Source: Macrostomum lignano (taxonomy: Eukaryota). From it: a stretch of DNA of 64,000 nucleotides. A model generated the notes under the pieces. That model worked only from the letters and a program-made list of their open reading frames with translations. It searched no databases and was not told the origin of the DNA. The position numbers were made by a program, and so were the translations under genes. The stretch covers positions 1 to 64,000 of the forward strand of contig NIVC01000685.1 of NCBI GenBank assembly GCA_002269645.1, written 5' to 3'. Shown piece after piece: positions 37,547 to 48,400 of this stretch (its first letter is position 1; each line of letters opens with the position of its first letter).

Positions 37547-38972
37547 AAATGCAATATACTCGTAATTGAGGCAAGACGGTGGGCATCTGAAATCGATATG
37601 CAATACCTCAAACCCCCAGCGCAAAGGATAGCAGGTACAACTTCCAAGGGTTCAGGTTCAAGGGTTTAAGGTGCAGGACAGGTTCGCATCAACGGAACAT
37701 GCACCTGTTTCCATAATGTTGATGGGTTTCGACCTTCCAGCCCCCTTGTGGGGAAGCCTTCGGGCCTCAGGTCTCAGAAATAAATCAATTAGAGTCCTGG
37801 CCCCCCACTCCTGTCAGATGGTCAGCCCCATGGTAGCTTGATCGTGTGGCGAGCAGTCTAGGTCCTATAGCTAAGAGAGGGACAGCGAGAGACAAGCAGA
37901 GAGAATTTTGAAGGTAGAAATTAGTTAATCCGCAGATTAGCCAACTCGCTGCCACCAGCCCGTACGTCCTGGCTCACCACACCGGGACTCTCGAAATCGG
38001 GCTTCCGACTAGAAGGGGCTTTGCCCTTACTTGCCAACTAGTGTCTTTTTGCTGTCAATCTCGAAGTCATAGCCGATGTTAAGGGACACTGCTGGGACTA
38101 GATCGCATTGGCCATGCAGGTACAGAGGGGACTTGTGCAGGGGATTCTTGCAGTGGCGAGTCTATGGGGTAGCTACATGTACTATTACATTGCTAAATAC
38201 GAAGAATTGTACTTTTGGCCTTCATAGCGCTGATGATAGACTAACTCGAACTTCAGAGACCGCATGGTTCATTACCCGAGCCGCTTGGCGAACCTAGAGT
38301 GCACAAAGTACATCTCTGGCGCCGATTCTGCACTACTGGCAATTTTGCTCACTGATTTGATAGATTGATTGACTGAGAACTGCCTTGCCATTGGTCCACT
38401 GTGACCGGCGCCTACTAGCTTAGCTACTCATCTGAGCCATCGGCGAACAAAGAAATAAAACCGTTAAAAATAACTGTTAGATTTATAACCTTCTCCTTAG
38501 ATCACTTCACACTTCAGATTGAATTGGAGTTTAGACTACTAGCAGTATTATTGAGTGACTTCTGCCTCAGCAACAGCACTATTGAACAAAATGAGCAAAA
38601 GTGTGCGCCTAATCCAGCTACTGAAACAGGGGACAGATAGGGAATCACCCAATCAAGCAAGTCTAGATAGCCTCTTACCCAACCAATCAGAAACTCAACA
38701 GCCGGAGACCAGGAAATCCACAGTGACCGAATCGGCTTGATGCTTCGCAGCTGTAGACTCGGGATGATGCTGTCACAATCTTCGCAGATAGCTAGCAGGT
38801 GATGATCTTAACTTTGATGTTCGCTGCTGATGACCGGGGGACTCGTCCTTGATGATGAGGGGGGGAAGTCGCAATCCGGGGATCAAGAAACGACGGTCGC
38901 GCTCCGGGAACCAGAAGTTGCAAGCGTGCTGGGCCCGAGCAAGTTGGAGTCCGAGTGGGCCAAAAACACAGG

Positions 38973-39105
38973 TTTAAATATCCGCCAACTGGACCGCAGT
39001 TTGTTATAATGGAACACGTCGATTCTGATTGGCTGAGCCGATTTGTTAAAATGAGCGCCGAATTTTCTGATTGGCTAAGCTTGTTGCTACCCAGAATCAC
39101 GTGAC
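38973..39105 (-). promoter_or_regulatory. Candidate Pol II promoter: E-box, two NF-Y CCAAT boxes and a TATA-like element, facing left
   Basis: On the minus strand: GTCACGTGA (39097-39105), TAGCCAATCAG and CAGCCAATCAG 42 bp apart (ATTGG at 39070 and 39028), and TATTTAAA at 38980-38973. Confidence 0.55.
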
Positions 39106-39727
39106 CGGGAGATCCTATCAGTTCCCACAGGGTCGTAAAAAGATGACAGGTGCGGCCATAAATCAATCAAAATCGCAACAAAATGATTTATGACTTTTCG
39201 CGTAGGATTAACAGAAATTAATGAAAAACTATACATTAGAAAGCTCTTATTAAATAGAAAGTGAAGAGAATGAAGAGAAACCGCTAATCGCTAATCCCAA
39301 AGTACTTTTAGGGGTAAAACGCATAGCTGTCAAAGCTGTCACACGCTTGAGTGAACACGAACAATAGGCTCTGACCTCATAAATCTTGATGGCCTGTCAA
39401 AATGATGAGAAAAAAGCTGCTATTCGCATCCTCTCAGACCTTCTGGCGCCCGCTTCAACACTGAGTGAGTCGCAGGTGGCTGTCAGACCAACTTTGAAAG
39501 CGATGATTTATGATCCAAAAAGCTGCGCCTATGTTATTATGACTACTAGTATGACCAGACATTATATCTAGTATAGATTCTATGAAAATTCGCAGAAAAA
39601 GGATAAAAATGCCCATTGCCCACTGTTAGTAGGCAAGTAAGTTTAGAGCCCATGTGCTAGCGCGGGATTTGGGAAAAAGTGCGTCCTCATCAAAATCAAT
39701 AATTTTGCAGCTGGGAGACAAAGCATA

Positions 39728-39960
39728 GTGCCTGAGGCGCTAAAATGAGTGCCTGAGGCGCTAAAATGAGTGCCTGTGGCGCTAAAATGAGTGCCTGAGG
39801 CGCTAAAATGAGTGCCTGTTGCGCTAAAATGAGTGCCTGAGGCGCTAAAATGAGTGCCTGTGGCGCTAAAATGAGTTCCTGAAGCGCTAAAATAAGTGCC
39901 CGAGGCGCTAAAATGAGTGCCCGCGGCGCTAAAATGAGTCCTGCGGCGCCAAAATGAGTG
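39728..39960 (+). repeat. 21-bp tandem repeat, about 11 copies (GTGCCTGAGGCGCTAAAATGA)
   Basis: Direct inspection. Confidence 0.95.
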
Positions 39961-41759
39961 CTGACAATACCTATTTTGAAAATAATTTACATGTAGGAAT
40001 TTATTCATGCACATGTACGTGTATCATTGTTGGCTTTGTCTACCCCCCTCTAAAAAATCCATGGCGACGCCCCTGTTTACATGTATAATGTCTTTTCGAT
40101 CGGATTCTTAAATTATTGTTAAATGGAATCTGCATGATATCAGCTCTCGCTATCTATATAGCGAGTTTAGCTAGCTTAATTAACTAGCTGCTCATCAGAT
40201 CTTTGCTACTAGTTGGCCAATTCCATTTGACAGGAGTGGGAGGCTAGAGCGCCCAGCGATTAAGTTTTTCAGACCTAGTGCCCGCGAGAAGCTTTGTGCT
40301 TTACATATGCAACGGTAAAAAGAATTGCATGTATAAATAGTTGTTTTATTTCTAGCAAATGTCTCTAAAAACTGTAATATTCATTGCATTCCCTAAATTA
40401 AATAAAATTAAAAAAGCAAACTAATATGCAATCCCGCTGTTTGTTTGAATTGTTTTTTTTCGCAAAATAATTTCTCTCAAAAATACTCAAGTTAAAAAGT
40501 GTATCAAAGATTACGATATAAACTTTAACAAAATGACTAGTTTTTCTTCGTAAATAGCTTTACAAAATAAACTTAAGTGCAAAAAATCTGATTGTTTGTC
40601 AATTAGGATCAATTAAGTTGGCCGAGTTAATTTAAAACTTAGAGCACTAATGTACATGTGCTCGGGCGCTGAATCGAATTTTTTCACCACAAATAAGGTA
40701 CTATCTTCTTTGAAGTACGTTATTCATAAACTACGCTACGACACGTGAGAAGTACGTAGTACATTTTTCGTTGAAGGGCTTTGTACAATTAAATTAAAAT
40801 GTACACTAAACAAAAAGCGAAGTTCCTTTTTTTGCAATGCAGATAAAATAGTTAAAAAACTTTCAAAATTCAATGTACGAGTATGCTTTGCAAATCTGCT
40901 GCACCTCGTGTTAACTAGATATGTATACTTTACTTCCTTAGTTTCAAGCATAATATGTATTGAGCTTCCAATTATCTTTTACTGCATAATTTATAGTTGT
41001 TTATAACTACCTGACAGAATGCACAAATTATAAGAGACTGTGCCAAAATTATTTTTTACTAATACTATAATATACTAATATCATATAGCTAAATATTTAT
41101 TTATTAATTAGATAGCCATCAATATGATGCATGCTATGCCATGCCTTATTTAATTGAAAAGTATATTGTTATGAAGCCAGGGGCTGATTCAGGACCTGTT
41201 TTTATTGGGAAGGACCAAAGCAAATGTCCTCCTAATTATTTATATTTTACAATATTAGGATATTTTTATCACTTTATTATTTTCATGTTGCTAATTTAAT
41301 AATTTGCTACATTATCTTTAATTTAAATTTTAAATGTTAAATCATATCAGCATTCCGATTAAGACTTTGTGACCTATGGGCATCAGGCTCTATTAGATAA
41401 ATAGTTCTTTTTTCTATCTAAAAGATTCTAAAGTTTAAGAAAAATGTATATTATAGTATAGAAAAAGACATAGTTAATTAGGTCAAATCATATATTTTAA
41501 ATATAATCAATTGTAATTTTCAGTTTTTTATTGATTTGTTATTATTTCTCTCTATTGTAATAAAAACATAAGGTATTGCTAAAAAAGTCTAATAAAGTTT
41601 ATTATATTTTAGAAGCCAAACTTAATTTTTATTTTAACTAATAAAGCAACTGGAAATTGGCAGATTAGTTTAGTTTACTCTTGCAATAGAGTGAGTAACT
41701 AGATTTGGTTCTATGGTGTAATTACTTTAATGTATCCAAATTAATTTTTTTGTGTTGTA

Positions 41760-44620
41760 TGCCTATGTCACTTAAAGTGCACCAGGGTACATACAACCCC
41801 TTGCCTCTAATAAAAAAAGACAGGCTCTTGGACCTAATAATGTTGGAAAGGTCTGGGTTTAAGCCAAGGTAGGTGAGCCTGTCCTGAGTAAATGCAGGGA
41901 ATTCACAGATAAAGTACTCTATATTCTTGATACCAGAGAGTAAGAATGGGCATTCCTTAGTATAGATTTTTGAGTTTTGCTAGGCATTGGAGGTAACAAT
42001 GCCTGGCAAAACAGCCATGACCCTAAAAAGGCCATGGTCACCACCCTGAAGTCCCTGTGGTCGAGTCCAAGCAGAGCCCTGTGCAGTGTGGAGGAAGGAC
42101 AGGGGACAGCTGCACAGGATTGCCAGCAGTCGGGGGCGTTAGCCCACCTCTCCCTGTGTTTTGAAGCCACCCACTGGTTGATCCGAGTGGTAACAATGGT
42201 GGTGGGGTGGGGGCCACGGGCAGGGGACCAGTAAAAGAACCGGTCGAGCCAGCCTTAGCCAGGCGATCGGCCAACTCGTTGCCGGGATGGCCCGAGTGCC
42301 CGAGGATCCACCTTAGGGACAGCTTGTTGGAGGCACTTAAGCGATTGAGCTGCCCGATGCAGTCGAAGACTGTACGCGAGCAGGTGGTGGTGTGCTTAAG
42401 GTCGTGGATCGCCGCTTGACTGTCCGAGTGGAAGATAATCTCCTTCCCCCAGACGCGCTGATTGTACAGCTCTATGGCGCAGGAGCTGATGGCGAGCACT
42501 TCGTTCTGGAAAACGGTGGAGCAGGTTCCGGTGTGCTGGGAGAAGGTCGCCACGGTTCTCCCTCCAGACACGATGCAGTAGCCGTAGCCAGAGGCGGAGT
42601 TGATTTGGGACCCATCAGTGAAGCAGTGGATTTCACAGAGTTTCCAGTTGTCCCTAGCCTCGTGACGTGGTGGAATGCTGGTTTTGAATTTGAGCGGGGG
42701 GCAGAGCGTGGACGGATTCCATCCGAGAGGGTCAGCAGGCCTCCCGCTGTTTCCAGGCCTGGCAGGCTGAGGTCGTCGTGCGGCCGGAGGTTCGGATTTT
42801 TGAAGGCGAATTGCTTCTGGACGGCGAGACGGCGGGTGGCCTCCCCTCTGACAGAGGTTAAAGGGGGAATGTCCAGGAAGGAGTTCATGCCAGCAAAGGG
42901 TGTAGAGGGGGCCGCGCTCAGGATAGCTCGACAAGCGCGGCCTTGCATCCTGTTGAGAGCATCAAGAACCCCTTTCTGCACCTCTAGGGCACTTTTTCAA
43001 ATAAAGCCGGGGAAGGAGATGGCCAGTCTAGCAACGGCAGTGTAAATCCACCAGAGGCGGCGAGGGTTGAGGCCCCAGGTAGCGCCGAAAGCTCTGTGGA
43101 TCTGCGCGACCATCCTGCTATCCGATAGTCCGAGGATTGCCGTGAAACCGTCTCCGGCTTGCATGGAGATGGTCTCGTGAACTATGACGCCATTGGTCGG
43201 CAGCTCAGGATTAGTTGCCACTAGAAGGCGGCGCAGCTTGTCGGCTTTGGTTATAGAACTGTGAGCCGGAATCCAGGCACGGTGCCGGTGTGTCCGGGGT
43301 CGTTCATCCTCCCTGTAGATGAACAGGTTTACAGCTCCGTATTCCAGTCGAAGGCTTTCAGCTTCAGCATCTTGAAGAGCTGCTGTCCAAACTGGCTGTA
43401 GGCGGGCTGGATGTGGAGGGCGTGGTCCTCGACTTTCGTCTTTAGGTCTTGAATGATGGTACCGCTCAAGGCCAACTTGACCCGATGGGAATACAACCTG
43501 CGCCAGATTTGGTCGAGCTGTTTGACCGAAGGAAGCGTCCCCTGGCCTGGGATGATCAGGGCCGGCTGCCATTTGGCCATAGCCGCATAGGTGCGCTTTG
43601 GCTTGGTGGTTTGGCCAACATCCTCTGCTTTGGATCCCTCCGCGGCCGTAGGAGTTTCCACACGGGCAGAAGTCCCACCACGGGAGGAGCCAGCCGCACC
43701 AGGAGCTTTGGCGGCACCTGACGCTTCCGACCGGCGCGCGGGTCCCGCGCCCCCTGTCGGATGTCGGCTCCTCCGCAGGATTCGCAGAGTTACCGGCACC
43801 CTCCTCGGAGGTGGCCGGAGGGGCGGCTTTCGCACTCCTCCGTTCCTTCGCTTTGCGCTGGAGAAAAGCTTTGTAGCGAGAAATTCTACAGGCCTTCTTT
43901 TTAGAGGTTTTGTTGTCCTGTTGTCCTGTTGTCTAGCCAACTTCGGTATTGTCCTGAGTGGCGGCAGGGGCTGAATGAGAGTCACATGAGGCTCCGGTGT
44001 TGCGAATGTCCGGCTGGGCCGCGGTACCACCCTCGGTTGGCGCTCCAGCAGCCACGGACGCGTCGGAAGTAAATGAATACTTCATGAATCGCTAAAAAGC
44101 CAATGGGTGGGGACTAGAGTTGAGAAGCCGCTGAGCTGTAACCCCAAGCGCCAATGGTGCCTTAGGCCCTAACCGGCCCGACCGCTATCAACTGAGAAAC
44201 TCCCTGGCTTGGAGAAACTAGAGACCGAACCAAAGGACCATCAGCTCGGTGTTACACTGGGCCCTTGAGGGGGACAAATTAGGCTGTCCCCAGAGCCTGT
44301 GGACTGGCCGCATACCCTGTTAAAGTCAGAGGGTGATACCTGTTCCTCAGAGCCGTGGCCAGAGGTACCTCCTGATACGCACAGGTTCACTTCCGGGCGG
44401 AGCTCATACCCAGTGGGGCCAAGACAGAAGTCAAGACTACGGATAGGTTGCCGCCGCCAGAGCCCAGTAAGTCCAGCAGCCCTACAGCTGCCTTGAGCAC
44501 ATGCGGGACGTGAACCCCTGGGTCTTCTTGTGAGTCTGTCAGGAGTTAATGAGGGGTTTTTGTACATGTAGGGAAAATGCCAGGGACAAATGCGCAATAT
44601 GCCTGTGTGAGTGCATGCAA
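41760..44620 (-). mobile_element. LOA-clade-like non-LTR retrotransposon with an internal deletion: ORF1 (DUF4780-like) and RNase H retained, endonuclease and RT missing
   Basis: ORF1-like RAWIP...LLVATNPELPTN; post-RT segment AFGATWGLNPRRLWWIYTAVAR and LNRMQGRACRAILSAAPSTP; RNase H motifs [35 protein letters not shown]. Frameshifted. The element ends are approximate. Confidence 0.85.
44459..44618 (-). ncRNA. HDV-like self-cleaving ribozyme candidate at the 5' end of the LOA-like element
   Basis: P1 GCATGC/GCATGT (G1-U wobble), P2 CCCAG/CTGGG, P3 GGG/CCC, L3 TTCACGT, P4 GGCAGC/GCTGCT, candidate catalytic C at 44471, all in the correct nested double-pseudoknot order. Confidence 0.65.
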
Positions 44621-45240
44621 GCAAGTGAGCAAAGTTGGCTGACCTCTCAGGTCACTCTGCTATGATTTAATAGCATCTCTGAGTCGAGCACTGATTACAG
44701 GATAAGCCAGGTTTATTATCACAACACTTTACAAGTACTTGTACACAGCTATGGGCAGACACTATTCTTCATTATCTACTTAAAGTAACCTGATAAGAAC
44801 TTGTATATTTGAGCCATTGTAAGTCTCATAATTATCTTGTAAATTCTACTAGCTATTACAATCTGTTTTCTATAGATGAGATCAAATTAGTATCTAGAAT
44901 TAATTTTTCTTAGTAGTATAATAATTCCTCACTATGGGTTTAAAGCATAGCTAAAGTTTGAAGACTTCTTGCATTGTGCAAACACACATACCCACAGTTT
45001 GTATTGTACGCTTTAGACTGCAGAAGAAACAATAGTTTCAAATCGATATTTTCAAACCGATTCAGTAGTAACTTTTTTCGATAGCCAGTTTCATTACTAC
45101 TCTACTGCTAGTAAAAATGTAAATATTTTCAGTAATTCAGTTAACTACTTTCGTTCAAAAATTACGACCTCTATTAAGTTTTAATGCTTTTTCGTTCAAT
45201 TATGATTAAATTCTCAAAATGTAGTAGAGGTAGCTATATA

Positions 45241-45293
45241 ATGGATTCCTTCATCCATTACTATTTGCATCTTATGCTTTTGGAGGTTATTAG
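45241..45293 (+). CDS. Probable first exon of the QTTK-heptad gene (MDSFIHYYLHLMLLEVI)
   Basis: ATG at 45241. Donor AG|GTAAGT is phase 2 and joins acceptor ataacag|T at 45491 in frame with the repeat ORF. Confidence 0.6.
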
Positions 45294-45490
45294 GTAAGTA
45301 AAAGAAACGTGCCATTGATACATTATTTGTCTGACCCACCTGTAGGATTTGAAAAAGCACTTTGAAAGCTTTTAGAATACCTAATTTTCGATGTTATGTT
45401 GTAATGGTACAATTTCGAAGCGAACAATTCAATCAACCTGTACTAAAATATATATTCTACAAATTTTATTATTCCTATACTGTATAACAG

Positions 45491-48400
45491 TTGGCAGTTT
45501 CTCACTCTTATGGTCAATATTTACTACCCAATAAAATTATTTACATTTTATCAGAATAACAAAGGTTCAAAAGACCATTCGAAGAAAATGAATGCTGATA
45601 TATCATCTTCGATTGGAATTAAACATCAGACAACAAAGACTGAAGGTCAGGCAACAAAGGCTGACGACCAGACAACAAAAACTGAAGGTCAGACAACAAA
45701 AACTAAAGGTCAGACAACAAAAACTGAAGGTCAGACAACAAAAACTGAAGGTCGGACAACAAAGGTTGACGATCAGACAACAAAGGCTGACGACCAGACA
45801 ACAAAGGCTGACGATCAGACAACAAAAACTGAAGGTCAGACAACAAAGGCTGACGATCAGACAACAAAGGCTGACGATCAGACAACAAAGGCTGACGATC
45901 AGACAATAAAAGCTGACGATCGGACAATAAAGGCTGACGACCAGACAAAAAAAACTGAAGGTCAGACAACAAAAACTGAAGATCAGACAACAAGAACTGA
46001 AGGTCAGACAACAGAAACTGAAGGTCGGGGAACAAAAACTGAAGGTCAGACAACAAAGGCTGACGATCAGACAACAAAGGCTGACAATCAGACAATAAAA
46101 GCTGACGATCGGACAATAAAGGCTGACGACCAGACAAAAAAAACTGAAGGTCAGACAACAAAAACTGAAGATCAGACAACAAGAACTGAAGGTCAGACAA
46201 CAGAAACTGAAGGTCGGACAACAAAGGTTGACGATCAGACAACAAAGGCTGACGACCAGACAACAAAGGCTGACGATCAGACAACAAAAACTGAAGGTCA
46301 GACAACAAAGGCTGACGATCAGACAACAAAGGCTGACGATCAGACAACAAAGGCTGACGATCAGACAATAAAAGCTGACGATCGGACAATAAAGGCTGAC
46401 GACCAGACAAAAAAAACTGAAGGTCAGACAACAAAAACTGAAGATCAGACAACAAGAACTGAAGGTCAGACAACAGAAACTGAAGGTCGGGGAACAAAAA
46501 CTGAAGGTCAGACAACAAAGGCTGACGATCAGACAACAAAGGCTGACGATCAGACAATAAAAGCTGACGATCGGACAATAAAGGCTGACGACCAGACAAA
46601 AAAAACTGAAGGTCAGACAACAAAAACTGAAGATCAGACAACAAGAACTGAAGGTCAGACAACAGAAACTGAAGGTCGGGGAACAAAAACTGAAGGTCAG
46701 ACAACAAAGGCTGACGATCAGACAACAAAGGCTGACGACCAGACAACAGAGGCTGACGATCAGACAACAAAAACTGAAGGTCAGACAACAAAGGCTGACG
46801 ATCAGACAACAAAGGCTGACGACCAGACAACAGAGGCTGACGATCAGACAACAAAAACTGAAGGTCAGACAACAAAGGCTGACGATCAGACAACAAAGGC
46901 TGACGATCAGACAACAAAGGCTGACGATCAGACAACAAAGGCTGACGATCAGACAACAAAAACTGAAGGTCAGACAACAAAGGCTGACGATCAGACAACA
47001 AAGGCTGACGACAAGACAACAAAGGCTGACGATCAGACAACAAAGGCTGAAGGTCAGACAACAAAGGCTGACGATCAGACAACAAAGGCTGACGATCAGA
47101 CAACAAAGGCTGACGATCAGACAATAAAAGCTGACGATCGGACAATAAAGGCTGATGACCAGACAACAAAAACTGAAGGTCAGACAACAAAAACTGAAGA
47201 TCAGACAACAAAAACTGAAGGTCAGACAACAAAAACTGAAGGTCGGACAACAAAAACTGAAGGTCAGACAACAAAGGCTGACGACCAGACAACAAAAACT
47301 GAAGGTCAGACAACAAAGGCTGACGATCAGACAACAAAAACTGAAGGTCAGACGACAAAGGCTGACGATCAGACAACAAAGGCTGACGACCAGACAACAA
47401 AGGCTGAAGGTCAGACAACAAAAACTGAAGGTCAGACAACAAAAACTGAAGGTCAGACAACAAAAACTGAAGGTCAGACAACAAAAACTGAAGGTCAGAC
47501 AACAAAAACTGAAGGTCAGACAACAAAGGCTGACGACCAGACAACAAAAACTGAAGGTCAGACAACAAAGGCTGACGATCAGACAACAAAAACTGAAGGT
47601 CAGACAACAAAGGCTGACGATCAGACAACAAAGGCTGACGACCAGACAACAAAGGCTGACGATCAGACAACAAAAACTGAAGGTCAGACAACAGAGGCTG
47701 ACGATCAGACAACAAAAACTGAAGGTCAGACAACAAAAACTGAAGGTCAGACAACAAAGGCTGACGATCAGACAACAAAGGCTGACGATCAGACAACAAA
47801 AACTGAAGGTCAGACAACAGAGGCTGACGATCAGACAACAAAAACTGAAGTTCAGACAACAAAAACTGAAGGTCGGACAACAAAAACTGAAGGTCAGACA
47901 ACAAAGGCTGAAGGTCAGACAACAAAAACTGAAGGTCAGACAACAAAAACTGAAGGTCAGACAACAAAAACTGAAGGTCAGACAACAAAAACTGAAGGTC
48001 AGACAACAAAAACTGACGATCAGGCAACAAAGGCTGACGATCAGACAACAAAGGCTGACGATCAGACAACAAAAACTGAAGGTCAGACAACAGAGGCTGA
48101 CGATCAGACAACAAAAACTGAAGTTCAGACAACAAAAACTGAAGGTCAGACAACAAAAACTGAAGGTCAGACAACAAAAACTGAAGGTCAGACAACAAAG
48201 GCTGACGATCAGGCAACAAAGGCTGACGATCAGACAACAAAGGCTGACGATCAGACAACAAAAACTGAAGGTCAGACAACAGAGGCTGACGATCAGACAA
48301 CAAAAACTGAAGTTCAGACAACAAAAACTGAAGGTCAGACAACAAAGGTTGACGATCAGACAACAAAGGCTGACGACAAGACAACAAAGGCTGACGATCA

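Noticed and set aside
40130-40200. Hammerhead-like motif on the minus strand (CTGATGA, hairpin, AAAC, hairpin)
   Set aside because: It lacks G12 of GAAA, the U of the cleavage triplet and a proper stem I. The region is rich in GCTAGC-type palindromes.
40040-41200. hAT/MITE-like termini (GCCCCTG at about 40076, CAGGGGC at about 41179; also CAGTGGCGGATC at about 28370)
   Set aside because: The ends face away from each other, and I could not find partner termini or target-site duplications.
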